DNA from: Blastocatellia bacterium
GTDB taxonomy: Bacteria > Acidobacteriota > Blastocatellia > UBA7656
Reading direction: 5' to 3'
Assembly (NCBI GenBank): GCA_963765495.1
Contig: CAVXWP010000001.1
Coordinates: 992,001 to 1,056,000, forward strand
Length of the DNA stretch: 64,000 nucleotides
The position numbers and the translations under genes were made by a program. The notes beneath the pieces are model-generated. The model was not told where the DNA came from. It ran no database searches and was given only the letters and a program-made list of their open reading frames with translations. Of this stretch, positions 19,472 through 30,360 are shown one piece after another (position 1 is the stretch's first letter; each line of letters starts with the position of its first letter).

Positions 19472-21619
19472 CTACATCGCGGCTAGGCGCTCGCGGGCTA
19501 CGTTTGTGTAAGTATCATCGGGAGCGACTTCGACGGCCTTCTGAAAATATGTTTTTGCCTGCTCTTTATCGCCAAGCCGTTCGTAACAGAGCCCGAGACT
19601 TGTATAGGCTTTGGGGTTGCGAGGGTCCTGGCGAATAAGTTGTGTGAGCGGAGAGACGGCCTCCTGATAGCGGCCCATTCTCATGTATGTATCGCCCAGA
19701 TTGTAAAGCATTACGGAGTGTTCCGGCGCGTACTGTTGAGCGATTTGCAGTTGTTCGAGCGCATCCTGAATGCGGCCCTGTCTTGAGAGCAGACCGGCCA
19801 GGTTTATACGCGGCTCAGGGTAGGCGGGGTTGTATTCGAGCGTCTTTCGATATTCCTGCTCGGCAAGATCGTTCTTGCCTTCCTTGTCGTAAGCCCAGCC
19901 CAGATTATACCGGGCTGCGGTGTTGGAAGGCATAATCTCCAACGTCTGGATGAGCGCCTGTCGGGCTTCTTCGAGCCTCCCCTGAGAGGTGTATATCACT
20001 CCGAGGTTATAGTAAGTATTGGCATAGGGCGAGCCGTACTCTATCGCCTTTTGATAAGCCTGCTCGGCCTCGCCAAGTCTGCCCTCCTCGCGATAAATAT
20101 CACCCAGATTTGTAAGCGCGTCGTAATATTTCGGCTCGTCCGCGAGCGCCTGCTGATAATATTTTTCCGCGAAGGCAAAGTTCTTGGCCTGAGCATAATA
20201 CGCTCCGATGTAGTTATGCAGAAACGGAGAGGTCGGGTCCAGCCTCAGAGCGTTATTCGCCATTGCCAGATCGTTTTGCCAGGTGCGGTTTTGATTGAGA
20301 GTAAGACCGAAAAAGATCACGGCGATCAATACGACCGCGACTTGAAATGCTATTTTTTGCCTTGCGCCCAGACGCGCAGCGAGCCATTCGAGCGCAAGCG
20401 CCGCAAGCAGACAGAAGCCTATCGAAGGCAGATACAAATAACGGTCGTGTATGAGTGATTCCTGCTGATTGAATGCCTTCAGATTCAGCACAGGCAGCAT
20501 AAAGAGAATCATAAAGGCCAGCGCCCGCCTCCCCGTTTGAGAGCGGCGCACAAGCCAGACAGTCGCCGCGAGTATCGCTGTCACGGCCAGCAACGAGCCC
20601 CAGAAACGCGGGTCCGACGCTTCGGTCACATAGCCCTGCTTGTATGCGATTGCCAGCGGATAGGGGATGAAAAGAAGCCGCACATAACTGAGCAGAATCG
20701 AAGGGATTGTAAGAAATACGTGAAAAGCCGGGATGATCTCAGCCTTTGGCTCGGTCTTGTCTAAAAAGCCGAGAACCGCAAAGCGCATCCCCAGGTAGAC
20801 GATTACGGCGATCAGGAAAGGAGCCACGCGGCGGATCGTTTTTGTAAGAATGGCTGGGAAGGGCTCCGACTCTGGGCGATCCAACCACTCCCGCACGAGA
20901 AGAAAGACAGGGAAGGCTACGGCGACCTCTTTGCTGAGAAGCGCAAGCATCGCAAGCCCGAGGCTTGCAATCAGCAGATTTTTTCGCTCACCCGCCCCGT
21001 GATAGCAACGCTCATACAGAAGCAGGGAGCCGAGAATAAACAGGGCCGCAAGCGGGTCGGGCAGCCCGGAAATCCAGGCTACCGATTCGCTGTGAATCGG
21101 GTGGAGGCCGAACATCAGCGCCGCCGCCGTAGCAGTTTGCTGCGACATATCCCACCGGCGGGCGAGTCTGTAGACAAGAAACGTGACCGCCAGATGCAAC
21201 AGGATAGAGACCACGTGCCAGCCTACCGTATCGAGCCCAAACAGGTGATATTGAAATATGAGTGCCGCGTTAAAAATCGGACGGTAATAATTGCCTACGG
21301 GTGAGTCTGATCCCGCATTCATAAACTGCCAGACGCTCTGTGTAAACATTCTGGGGATGTTGGAAAGGGTCTGGAGCGTGGGATTCTTCAAGACCTGAAA
21401 TCTGTCGTCATAAGTGAATTCGCCGCCCGTCGAGTTCAAATAAGCGAGAAACGCTACTATAAGCACGCCGCCCACAAGGAGCGCCTCCTGCGTTTTGCCG
21501 TGTGTGAAATCCTTTGTCTTGCTTCGGCGGTTTGCGCGAGCAGATTGACGGTGGGCTTCGGATTCGACCGCAACCGGAGCGTCGGTTGATCGTTTTTTGC
21601 TTCTTTGTGGCTTTGACAT
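19472..21619 (-). CDS. TMTC-like GT-C membrane glycosyltransferase with C-terminal TPRs
   Basis: FTYDD, YYRP, FGLHPIHSESVAWISG, LLSKE and DRYLYLPS; about 10 TMs followed by a TPR array. Confidence 0.85.
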   Translation of the reverse strand: MSKPQRSKKRSTDAPVAVESEAHRQSARANRRSKTKDFTHGKTQEALLVGGVLIVAFLAYLNSTGGEFTYDDRFQVLKNPTLQTLSNIPRMFTQSVWQFMNAGSDSPVGNYYRPIFNAALIFQYHLFGLDTVGWHVVSILLHLAVTFLVYRLARRWDMSQQTATAAALMFGLHPIHSESVAWISGLPDPLAALFILGSLLLYERCYHGAGERKNLLIASLGLAMLALLSKEVAVAFPVFLLVREWLDRPESEPFPAILTKTIRRVAPFLIAVIVYLGMRFAVLGFLDKTEPKAEIIPAFHVFLTIPSILLSYVRLLFIPYPLAIAYKQGYVTEASDPRFWGSLLAVTAILAATVWLVRRSQTGRRALAFMILFMLPVLNLKAFNQQESLIHDRYLYLPSIGFCLLAALALEWLAARLGARQKIAFQVAVVLIAVIFFGLTLNQNRTWQNDLAMANNALRLDPTSPFLHNYIGAYYAQAKNFAFAEKYYQQALADEPKYYDALTNLGDIYREEGRLGEAEQAYQKAIEYGSPYANTYYNLGVIYTSQGRLEEARQALIQTLEIMPSNTAARYNLGWAYDKEGKNDLAEQEYRKTLEYNPAYPEPRINLAGLLSRQGRIQDALEQLQIAQQYAPEHSVMLYNLGDTYMRMGRYQEAVSPLTQLIRQDPRNPKAYTSLGLCYERLGDKEQAKTYFQKAVEVAPDDTYTNVARERLAAM

Positions 21620-21712
21620 AACGCTGTCACCCTGCTTGAATTTTGGCAAACATTATACGCTAACGCTTCGTAGTGCAAGTTGTACTTCGACTTTATACAG
21701 TTAAATAAATCT

Positions 21713-22957
21713 ATGAGATACATTTATTCTTTCTATACTGACGCGGCAAAGATAGCCCTGCAATCCATCTTTGCCCACAAGTTGCGCGCCTTTTTGACCC
21801 TTATCGGAATCATAATCGGCGTCGCATCGGTCGTGGTTGTCGGCGCTTCGATTGACGGGCTGAACACTTATGTGGTTGACAAGATATCGAAGATACTCGG
21901 GGTCAACCACTTCATGATAGCCCGCATCGCCCACGTCGGAGAGATGAACGAAGAAGACTGGGAGAAGATGCAGAAGCGCAACAAACGGCTCGAATGGGAA
22001 GATTTCGAGTGGATGCTTGCGCACTGCACCGATTGCAAAGAGGTCGGGGCGCAGGTCATGGGCAGCGAGGACCTCAATCAGGACGGGCAGGAACTTTACG
22101 GCACTCAGATTCAGGGCGTCACGGCCAACATGGCTGACATAGAGGACAAGACCATAGGAGAGGGCAGATTTGTGCTTCCGCACGAGGTAGAAAACGCCGC
22201 TCCGGTCGTCGTGATAGGGTCGGATATACAGGATAAGTTCTTTCCCGGAACTGACCCCATCGGCAAAGAGATAAAGATCGGCGGGTTGCCCATGCGCATT
22301 ATCGGAGTCGAAGAGAAGCGCGGCTCGATGTTTGGCCAGTCGCTCGACAACAACGCTTATATACCGATCACTACCTACCGCAGAATTTACGGGTTCCGCC
22401 AGAGCCTGCAACTTCACGGCAAGGCATACAGCCGCGATGGATTTCAGCCTACAATCGAACAGGCGCGCATGATCATGCGCAACCGTCACAAGCTGAAGGG
22501 CGATGCCGAAGACGATTTCGGACTGGTCAATGTCGAAGAGGTCAATAATCAGATAGACCAGTTTACGGGGGCCATCGCTATGGTTGTCACTCCTATCACG
22601 CTGATCTCGTTACTCGTAGGTGGAATCGTCGTGATGAACATAATGCTTGTGAGCGTAACCGAGCGCACGTTCGAGATAGGGCTCAGGAAGGCTGTAGGCG
22701 CAAAGCGAAGCCATATAATGCTGCAATTTCTTATCGAGTCGTCGCTTCTTTCCGCCTTTGGCGGCGTTTTAGGCTTACTGCTTGCCGCCGGTGTCTCGTC
22801 GCTGATTTCGGCTACTACTCCAATACCGATGACGATCACGCTCACATACATGGTGCTGTCGCTTGCGGTCTCAGGCGGGATAGGGGTGATCTTTGGAATC
22901 TATCCGGCATTCAAGGCTGCGCGGCTCGACCCCATCGTGGCTTTGACCAAGAATTGA
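21713..22957 (+). CDS. MacB/FtsX-family ABC permease
   Basis: [32 protein letters not shown] and [10 protein letters not shown]. Confidence 0.95.
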   Translation: MRYIYSFYTDAAKIALQSIFAHKLRAFLTLIGIIIGVASVVVVGASIDGLNTYVVDKISKILGVNHFMIARIAHVGEMNEEDWEKMQKRNKRLEWEDFEWMLAHCTDCKEVGAQVMGSEDLNQDGQELYGTQIQGVTANMADIEDKTIGEGRFVLPHEVENAAPVVVIGSDIQDKFFPGTDPIGKEIKIGGLPMRIIGVEEKRGSMFGQSLDNNAYIPITTYRRIYGFRQSLQLHGKAYSRDGFQPTIEQARMIMRNRHKLKGDAEDDFGLVNVEEVNNQIDQFTGAIAMVVTPITLISLLVGGIVVMNIMLVSVTERTFEIGLRKAVGAKRSHIMLQFLIESSLLSAFGGVLGLLLAAGVSSLISATTPIPMTITLTYMVLSLAVSGGIGVIFGIYPAFKAARLDPIVALTKN

Positions 22958-24225
22958 AGGTGAACTCTGTGAAGCTGCAATCATTCTTTCCAGTTGAAAC
23001 GCTCAAGATGGCGCTCGATAACGTCAGGGCGCATAAATTCAGAAGCTTTCTGACCGTGCTCGGCATAGTCATAGGCGTGGTGACGGTCATCGCGATAAGC
23101 TCTATCCTGACCGGATTGCGCGCCAATATGGTGAATCTGATAGAAGAGTACGGGACGAGCAACATCTATGCCTTTCACCTGACGACGGGGCCGCAGATGG
23201 GGCCGCGCGACCGCTCGGAGTGGAACAGAAAACCGCTCAAGCCCGAAGACGGCGAGGCCATTTTACAACAGGCCACGGCGGTCGAAGACGTGGCGAGCGA
23301 CGCTTTTACCGAATGGCGTCAGGATAAGACGATCACCTACAAGGGGCAAAACTACAAGCGCGGAAATGTGGAAGGCGTCACGGCCAACTACGGAATGATA
23401 ACCAACATAGTGATGTCAGAGGGCCGCTTCATAAACGAGATTGACGACCAGCACCGCCGCGACGTGATGGTGATAGGCGTCAACGTAGCCGAATCGCTCT
23501 TTCCTCATCAGGTACAGATCACAGGTATCAAGGTGATTATGTGGGGCAGGGAATTCGAGATAATCGGCGTGCTTGACAAGCGCAAGGGCAGCTTCTTTGG
23601 CGAAAACGAAGAAGACAATGCCGTCTTTATACCTTTCAGGACGGCCCGAAAGCTTTCGCCCGCAAGCGAGTTTATGATGCTGATCATCAAGGCGAAAAGC
23701 GGCCAGTTGCAAAAGGCCCTGAACGAAGTGGAATCGATACTGCGCCGCCAGCGCGGAGTGAAATTCAGCGATCCGAACAATTTCGACCTCTCTACAGCCG
23801 ACCGCTTTATCCAACAATTCGACTCCATCACGGGGGCAATCGGACTCATAGCCATCGCCATCTCAAGCGTAGGGCTGCTTGTGGGCGGCATAGGCGTGAT
23901 GAACATAATGCTTGTGAGCGTCACCGAACGCACAGCGGAAATAGGCATCCGCAAGGCAATCGGCGCGCGCCGCAGAGATATAGTCAACCAGTTCCTGTTT
24001 GAAGCGATGACGCTGACTTTTTTAGGCGGCTTGCTTGGCGTAGTGCTGGCTATAGGGATCAGCCGGTTAATAATGCTGCTCGTTCCATCCCTGCCCGCCT
24101 CGGTGCCGTTGTGGGCGGTCGTTACCGGGCTTACGGTTTCGATAGCCATCGGACTTATATTCGGCGTCTGGCCCGCTCGCAAGGCTTCCCGCCTCGATCC
24201 CATCGAGTGCCTCCGCTACGAGTAG
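22954..24225 (+). CDS. MacB/FtsX-family ABC permease (paralogue)
   Basis: [32 protein letters not shown] and [17 protein letters not shown]. Confidence 0.95.
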   Translation: MKVNSVKLQSFFPVETLKMALDNVRAHKFRSFLTVLGIVIGVVTVIAISSILTGLRANMVNLIEEYGTSNIYAFHLTTGPQMGPRDRSEWNRKPLKPEDGEAILQQATAVEDVASDAFTEWRQDKTITYKGQNYKRGNVEGVTANYGMITNIVMSEGRFINEIDDQHRRDVMVIGVNVAESLFPHQVQITGIKVIMWGREFEIIGVLDKRKGSFFGENEEDNAVFIPFRTARKLSPASEFMMLIIKAKSGQLQKALNEVESILRRQRGVKFSDPNNFDLSTADRFIQQFDSITGAIGLIAIAISSVGLLVGGIGVMNIMLVSVTERTAEIGIRKAIGARRRDIVNQFLFEAMTLTFLGGLLGVVLAIGISRLIMLLVPSLPASVPLWAVVTGLTVSIAIGLIFGVWPARKASRLDPIECLRYE

Positions 24226-24299
24226 TGATGCGTGATGCGTGATTTTCAAGCAGGCCGCTTGCTAAAGATGGCTTGCAAGCCGGGTAAATCACGAATCAC
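24225..24299. repeat. TGATRCG-armed palindromic element (copy D)
   Basis: Begins right at the TAG stop. Its core is closest to copy A. Confidence 0.85.
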
Positions 24300-24375
24300 T
24301 CTTTGCGTGACCGCATCACTTAAGTTTTATTCGTTCCCGCCTCTTTGATAGACTGTAGCCTCTGGAGGGAAACGG

Positions 24376-25956
24376 ATGGCTATTTCTGAAGATAAGATCG
24401 AACAAGAAGAAATCACTGACGGCTTATCGCGACTGGAAGAGAAGAACTCGGCTGCGTTTCTAGGCGGCGGAAGCGCCCGCATCGAACGCCAGCACGCCAC
24501 GGGGAAGATGACCGCCCGCGAGCGCATAGAGTTTCTGCTCGATGAAGGCACGTTCGAAGAATTTGACCGTCTCAAAAAACATCGCTGTCTCGATTTTGGC
24601 ATGCAGGAACAGCAGTATCCGGGCGACGGCGTTGTTGCCGGGCACGGCCTCATAGACGGACGCCGCGTCTTTGTCTTCGCGCAGGATTTCACCGTCTTCG
24701 GGGGATCGCTTTCGGAAACAAACGCCGAAAAGATTTGCAAGATCATGGATATGGCTATGAAGGTCGGCGCTCCTGTGATAGGGCTAAACGATTCAGGCGG
24801 CGCTCGCATACAGGAAGGCGTTCAGTCGCTCGGCGGATACGCCGATATTTTTCTGAGAAACACTCTGGCTTCGGGCGTGGTGCCGCAAATATCGGCGATT
24901 ATGGGGCCCTGCGCCGGAGGGGCCGTCTATTCGCCCGCCATCACGGATTTCAATATCATGGTCAAAAATACATCATACATGTTCATCACCGGGCCTGACG
25001 TGATAAAGACCGTGACGCACGAAGAAGTGACTAAAGAAGAGCTTGGCGGCGCGATGACGCACAACTCGGTGTCTGGCGTGGCGCATTTTGCCGCCGATAC
25101 GGATGAGGATTGCCTGCGCTTGATTCGCGAATTGCTCTCCTTCATACCGTCAAATAATCTGGATGATCCGCCGCGTCTTCGCCCAGGCGACCCCTCCGAC
25201 CGCGCCGATGAAAGATTGAACTCGATTGTGCCTGAATCTTCCAACCTCCCATACGATATACGCGACATCATTCATCTGGTAGTTGATGACGGGTATCTGT
25301 TCGAAATCCACGAGCATTATGCCCGGAACATAGTGGTGGGATTTGCGCGTCTTGCGGGCCGCACCATTGGCATTGTGGCCAATCAGCCCGCATATCTCGC
25401 GGGCGTGCTCGATATTGACGCTTCGATAAAGGCGGCGCGATTCGTGCGATTCTGTGATTGTTTCAATATCCCGCTCATAACGTTCGAAGATGTGCCTGGC
25501 TTTCTACCTGGAGTTCAGCAGGAGCACGGCGGCATTATCCGGCACGGCGCGAAACTCTTATTTGCCTTTGCCGAAGCCACCGTTCCAAAGATCACCGTGA
25601 TTACACGCAAGGCCTACGGCGGCGCGTATTGCGTCATGGCAAGCAAGCATATACGAGCCGATATCAATTTTGCCTACCCCACGGCCGAGATCGCCGTCAT
25701 GGGCGCTGAAGGCGCAGTAGACATACTCTATCGCAGAGAGATAGCCGAGGCTTCCGACCCCGCGAAGGAAGCGAAACGCCGTGCCGATGAGTTCCGCGAG
25801 AAGTTTGCCTCTCCTTACGTAGCGGCCGAGCGCGGATTTGTTGATGAGGTGATCGAGCCAAGATGGACCCGGCCCAAACTGATTCGCGCGCTTGAATTGC
25901 TCGAAACCAAACGCGATCAGAATCCGCCCAAAAAGCACGGAAATATACCGCTCTAA
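24376..25956 (+). CDS. pccB: propionyl/methylmalonyl-CoA carboxyltransferase beta subunit
   Basis: [39 protein letters not shown] and KKHGNIPL. Confidence 0.93.
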   Translation: MAISEDKIEQEEITDGLSRLEEKNSAAFLGGGSARIERQHATGKMTARERIEFLLDEGTFEEFDRLKKHRCLDFGMQEQQYPGDGVVAGHGLIDGRRVFVFAQDFTVFGGSLSETNAEKICKIMDMAMKVGAPVIGLNDSGGARIQEGVQSLGGYADIFLRNTLASGVVPQISAIMGPCAGGAVYSPAITDFNIMVKNTSYMFITGPDVIKTVTHEEVTKEELGGAMTHNSVSGVAHFAADTDEDCLRLIRELLSFIPSNNLDDPPRLRPGDPSDRADERLNSIVPESSNLPYDIRDIIHLVVDDGYLFEIHEHYARNIVVGFARLAGRTIGIVANQPAYLAGVLDIDASIKAARFVRFCDCFNIPLITFEDVPGFLPGVQQEHGGIIRHGAKLLFAFAEATVPKITVITRKAYGGAYCVMASKHIRADINFAYPTAEIAVMGAEGAVDILYRREIAEASDPAKEAKRRADEFREKFASPYVAAERGFVDEVIEPRWTRPKLIRALELLETKRDQNPPKKHGNIPL

Positions 25957-26009
25957 GCGCGACACGGGGACACAGCGATTATGATCGCGTTCCATCTTGT
26001 GCTTGAGAA

Positions 26010-26402
26010 TCATCTGCCTTCGGCGAGCCTGTCGGGGAGCACAAATACCCTTTTTGCCGTCTCCGACTGGAGCGTGCCGTCGAGGTAGTAGGATTTCAGT
26101 ATCCCGTCTTTCCACTTCAGAAGATCGGGGTTGTTTCGGGCGAACTCCTCCCAAAGCGTCTCTCCCCCACGAAGGGCGCGCTCGTGGATCAGAAATATGT
26201 AGGCCCAGGTGATCGTTTCGTGATAGAGATCGGGTTTCCCGTGCGCGGTCGCAAATCGCTTCAGCGCTTCGGGAAATCTTGCAAGCACTTCTGCGAGCGT
26301 ATACCTGCGCAGATACAACCAGACCAGCCTGACATGGTCTGCGTGATGGAAGCTTTCGAGAGTTATATTCTCGAATCGTTCGATGATCTCTTCGTCTCGC
26401 AT
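26010..26402 (-). CDS. conserved hypothetical protein (FHHADH...YHETIT...FVLPD)
   Basis: GAGGTG RBS, an upstream promoter and His-containing motifs. Confidence 0.8.
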   Translation of the reverse strand: MRDEEIIERFENITLESFHHADHVRLVWLYLRRYTLAEVLARFPEALKRFATAHGKPDLYHETITWAYIFLIHERALRGGETLWEEFARNNPDLLKWKDGILKSYYLDGTLQSETAKRVFVLPDRLAEGR

Positions 26403-26430
26403 CGTTATCACCTCTGTCTTTATTCACTCC

Positions 26431-26470
26431 AAAAGAAAAACCGCTCACGCGATCAACTCGCGTGAGCGGT
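26431..26470 (-). terminator. intrinsic terminator in the 5' leader of the hypothetical gene
   Basis: Perfect 13-bp stem (26440-26452/26458-26470), 5-nt loop, then TTTTCTTTT on the minus strand. Confidence 0.8.
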
Positions 26471-26487
26471 CATTATTTGATGCTCTA

Positions 26488-26516
26488 AGTATATCAGCGC
26501 GATAACGAGATTTCAA
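26488..26516 (-). promoter_or_regulatory. sigma70 promoter
   Basis: TTGAAA-17-TATACT. Confidence 0.75.
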
Positions 26517-26645
26517 CAATGATTCCGAGCCTCTATTTCTCCGCGTCCCGCGTCTCTGCCTCTCCGTCTCTCTTGTCGCTCTCGGCCTCAAGTTGAGTTT
26601 GGAGCCGATTCGTGATGTAATCTAGCGACCGCAGGAGAGACAATT

Positions 26646-27176
26646 ATGAAAGAATGCCCAAGCTGTCAACGTTCTTACCCGGATGCAAATCGCTTCTGCC
26701 CGGTTGATGGAATCTCGCTTGTAGAATCCGCAAAAAGAGCCGGAGAATCCGAACTGGAAAAGAGGCAAAGGAATATACCGGCACCACCGGAGCCGCTTCC
26801 CATGCGATTGACGATCATAGATCAGGAAAATGAAGGACATCGCTCTCGCGTCATTCAAGGGCTGGTGCTCGATACCGGGCAGCAGGGAATGCGCATTCAG
26901 ACCGGCACAATCGAAACGGGCCATTTGAATATCATCCGCGACCACACGATAGCGTTCAAGAATAAACTCGAAATCGAGGTCGATTTGCCGACAGGCACCG
27001 TAAAATGCACAGGCTTTGCCGCCTGGTATAAACCGGTGGGCGACGGAATAAACTGGGTCGCCGGTATTTACATACGCGATATGCCTGCCAGTGACAGGCG
27101 CATTTATGACGAGTATTTGCAGGAGCTTTCTAAGATGGCCGAATCCGAAGGCGCTGTCGCCGAATCGAATGCCTGA
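26646..27176 (+). CDS. zinc-ribbon + PilZ-like barrel protein
   Basis: CPSC..FCPVDG N-terminus; VLDTGQQGMRI and VAGIYI PilZ-like strands. AGGAG RBS. Confidence 0.65.
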   Translation: MKECPSCQRSYPDANRFCPVDGISLVESAKRAGESELEKRQRNIPAPPEPLPMRLTIIDQENEGHRSRVIQGLVLDTGQQGMRIQTGTIETGHLNIIRDHTIAFKNKLEIEVDLPTGTVKCTGFAAWYKPVGDGINWVAGIYIRDMPASDRRIYDEYLQELSKMAESEGAVAESNA

Positions 27177-27349
27177 CAGAAAGGGCTTTTTCCGTATGAG
27201 TAGAGGCGAACTCGACAGCCACCGATGCCAGTCGTTATCATGAACATGAGCAAAAACCGAAAAAGCATTCGATAGAACTGTCAGCCGTAAGCGGGGCGTG
27301 TCGTCCGTGAAGGCGTTTTGAAATCATCCGAATGGGAGGTAGTGACAAT

Positions 27350-27883
27350 ATGAGCGACCAGCGCAACTGGCTTGAGCGCCTCGGAGACAAGATACCCGGC
27401 TATAGCGGATACGTGGACCGCGAGCGAAGACGCGACATCGACAAACTGCACCGCGAGCATCTGGCCGACCGTTTGCGCTCGCTAAAGGCTCCGCTTACGG
27501 ACCTCCTGCGCGAGTTGAGCAACGGCGGGCGATTGTTTGAAGTCGGCCCCGTCGATCTGGCCATAAAGAAACTCGATAAGCTTGAAAACCGCGTGCGGTT
27601 TGCCAGCTACGGCTACGGCGGTTTCTTTGATGTTGTAAAGATCGAGCAACCGCAACTGGATGCCATATACCAGTTCGATCTGGCGCTGGTCGAACGAGTC
27701 GATACGCTCGAAGCACAAGTGCGCGAGTTGCAGTCGAAGGCCGACACGGGCGAAGGTCTCAAGAAGGGAAGCTCTGAGGTGGCCGCCACGCTTGACGCGA
27801 TTGACCGCTCGTTTGAAGAGCGCTATCAGGCCATAAATAATTTTGGCCAGAGTCAGCCGCCCGGACGCCCGTTGTTTACGTGA
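27350..27883 (+). CDS. conserved helical hypothetical protein
   Basis: KIPGYSGYVDRERRRDID..ASYGYGGFFD, with a GGAGG RBS. Confidence 0.8.
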   Translation: MSDQRNWLERLGDKIPGYSGYVDRERRRDIDKLHREHLADRLRSLKAPLTDLLRELSNGGRLFEVGPVDLAIKKLDKLENRVRFASYGYGGFFDVVKIEQPQLDAIYQFDLALVERVDTLEAQVRELQSKADTGEGLKKGSSEVAATLDAIDRSFEERYQAINNFGQSQPPGRPLFT

Positions 27884-27888
27884 GCCGG

Positions 27889-27956
27889 GATGCGTGATAG
27901 CCAGATAAATGGCGGTTGACTGTGAATTATCAAACTCACGCATCACGTATCACGCA
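27889..27956. repeat. TGATRCG-armed element with an unrelated loop (copy E)
   Basis: gatgcgtgat...tcacgcatcacgtatcacgca. Confidence 0.7.
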
Positions 27957-27985
27957 CTGGACACGTACCACGCATTAGAATTGAT

Positions 27986-29194
27986 ATGGAACAAAGTTGC
28001 ACAAACTGTGGCGCGGCTTTGATTGGTGGGCAGCGATTCTGCCGTTTTTGCGGCGCGCCTACCGATCAATTTCCCGAAGATAATGTTCCCACGGAGATGA
28101 TGCCGCCGATTGTTGATCCGGGCGCGCGCCCGCGTGGTGCGACCAACACGGCTCCGCCTTCAAGCCCTGGAACCAGTCCGATCTATAATCCGCCGCCGCT
28201 TCCTTATCAGCCGCCTAAATACAGATACCCGATGCCTCCCTATTCGCCCGGGCACAGAAGCGGGCCGCCCTGGGGCTGGATAATCGCCCTGCTGGCGATA
28301 GGAAGCATAGGCGCTATGGTACTGGGGATATTTCTATTTGCCGCCACGTCTCGCCACAGGGGTGATACGCGCAGACCTCAGGATCCGCCTGAGATTCGTT
28401 CGGGCGAAGCCACAGTGGGCCAGGGAGAGAGCGAATTTACAAAAACATATACGCTCGGCAACAACGCCAAAGTCTCCATCGAGAATGTGAACGGAAACAT
28501 AAGCATCGAAGGAACGGATGAAGATCAGGCCGAGGTGAAGATTACAAAACGCGGCGGCTCATCCAGTGATCGCAAGAACCTTGAAATAGCCGTCGTAAAT
28601 GAGGGTGGCAACCTCTCGCTCAGAACCGTGCCCACAAGCAACGTTCAGGTCGATTACGAGATCAAGCTGCCTCACAAACAGCTTAAGTTAGAGATCAACT
28701 CGATATCCTCGAATGTTCGATTATCCGATCTCGAAGCCAGAGTCAACGTGAAGACTCAGCAGGGGACGGTAGAGATGAGTGATGTCAAAGGCGATGTCTC
28801 GGTCGAAAATACCAGCGGTTCTATAAAGCTGTCGGATATTCAGGGCGAGGTCTCGGCTAACTCCAAGAGCGGCTCGATAGAGCTTTCGGATATAAACGGG
28901 GCGGCCAGCGCAAATACCGTGAGCGGCACCACAAAGGTCAGCTTTGCCGATGTGACCAGGGGCAAAGATTTGGAGTTCAACACCGTGAGCGGCTCGATAG
29001 AGATCGAGTTGCCCTCTGAGATAAACGCCGACTTCAGCGCCAGAACCGTGTCGGGCCGAATCGATGTTGATGAAGAGTTGGGAATCAACGTGGAGAAACA
29101 GATGGTCGGCCAGCAAGCCAGCGGAAAGCTGGGCGCAGGCGGGCCGCGCTTTTCAGTCAAGTCAGTGTCCGGCAATATAAAGATCAGCAGATAG
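27986..29194 (+). CDS. zinc-ribbon, Pro-rich, TM, DUF4097 beta-repeat membrane protein
   Basis: CTNCG..FCRFCG, a Pro-rich linker, one TM and repeated NTVSGSI units. Confidence 0.85.
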   Translation: MEQSCTNCGAALIGGQRFCRFCGAPTDQFPEDNVPTEMMPPIVDPGARPRGATNTAPPSSPGTSPIYNPPPLPYQPPKYRYPMPPYSPGHRSGPPWGWIIALLAIGSIGAMVLGIFLFAATSRHRGDTRRPQDPPEIRSGEATVGQGESEFTKTYTLGNNAKVSIENVNGNISIEGTDEDQAEVKITKRGGSSSDRKNLEIAVVNEGGNLSLRTVPTSNVQVDYEIKLPHKQLKLEINSISSNVRLSDLEARVNVKTQQGTVEMSDVKGDVSVENTSGSIKLSDIQGEVSANSKSGSIELSDINGAASANTVSGTTKVSFADVTRGKDLEFNTVSGSIEIELPSEINADFSARTVSGRIDVDEELGINVEKQMVGQQASGKLGAGGPRFSVKSVSGNIKISR

Positions 29195-29225
29195 CCCGAA
29201 GGGCATCAACCAAGGAGAGCAAAGA

Positions 29226-30350
29226 ATGGCTATAGAAGTCTTACAATATTTCGATTCTACAGGCACAGAGATAGTTCATCGCATACCGGAGGCCGGCGCG
29301 ACCGACATAAAGATGGGCGCGCAGTTGATAGTTCAAGAGAATCAATCTGCGGTCTTCTTTCGCGACGGCAAGGCGCTCGACACTTTCGGCCCCGGCCGCC
29401 ACACACTCACAACGATGAATATCCCCCTGCTCACTCGTTTGCTTTCGATCCCCTTCGGCGGCACCTCTCCGTTTCAGGCATCCGTCATGTATGTCGCCCG
29501 CCATACGTTTCAGGATTTGAAGTGGGGCACGAAAGAGCCTATCGCCTTCCGCGATACCGAGCTTCGCATGGTGCGATTGCGCGCTTTTGGAAAATATTCT
29601 CTGCGAGTAGTCGATCCGCAATTGTTCGTAGGCTCGATAGTCGGCACGCGCGGCATAGTCTCTACGGAAGCCATAGGTTCTTACCTGAGAGACATAATCG
29701 TAAGCCGTCTGAACGATCTGCTCGGTGAAAACCTCAAGACCATCTTCGATCTTCCGGCCTACTACGACGAGCTGGCAGCGGGCGTAAAGGGTCGCGTGGC
29801 CGAAGACTTCAGCCGTCAGGGGCTGGAGCTTGTGGATATGCTCATCTCTGCCATCACGCCGCCCGAAGAGGTGCAGAAGATGATTGACGAGCGTTCGGGG
29901 ATGGGCGCGATAGGCGATATGCAGGCTTATATGCAATTCAAGGCCGCGCAGTCCATGCAAGATGCGGCCAAACAGCCGGGCGGCGCTGCCGGTCAGGGCA
30001 TGGGCCTGGGGCTTGGCCTCGGTTACGGCCAGATGATGGCCGGGGCCGTAAGCGGTCAGGGCGGGCAAGCGGCTCAAGGTGGAGGCGCGGCTCAGGCGCA
30101 GACCTCTCCTTGTCCGAAATGCAGTACTCAAAATCCAGTGGGTACGAAATTCTGTTCGAACTGCGGCACTGCCCTGCAAGCCCCGCAAGCGGCTACGGTA
30201 GAGTGCCCGAATTGCCACGGGCAGGTTCAGGCCGGTTCGAAATTCTGTAACAACTGTGGACAATCCATGCAGCCTCAACCATGCAAGAATTGCCAGAACC
30301 CTGTGCCCCCCGGCTCAAAGTTTTGCGCCAATTGCGGCACGCAGGTTTGA
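29226..30350 (+). CDS. SPFH/band-7 protein with C-terminal zinc ribbons (YdjI-like)
   Basis: [32 protein letters not shown] and three CxxC...FCxNCG units. Confidence 0.9.
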   Translation: MAIEVLQYFDSTGTEIVHRIPEAGATDIKMGAQLIVQENQSAVFFRDGKALDTFGPGRHTLTTMNIPLLTRLLSIPFGGTSPFQASVMYVARHTFQDLKWGTKEPIAFRDTELRMVRLRAFGKYSLRVVDPQLFVGSIVGTRGIVSTEAIGSYLRDIIVSRLNDLLGENLKTIFDLPAYYDELAAGVKGRVAEDFSRQGLELVDMLISAITPPEEVQKMIDERSGMGAIGDMQAYMQFKAAQSMQDAAKQPGGAAGQGMGLGLGLGYGQMMAGAVSGQGGQAAQGGGAAQAQTSPCPKCSTQNPVGTKFCSNCGTALQAPQAATVECPNCHGQVQAGSKFCNNCGQSMQPQPCKNCQNPVPPGSKFCANCGTQV

Positions 30351-30360
30351 TGAGGTGACT

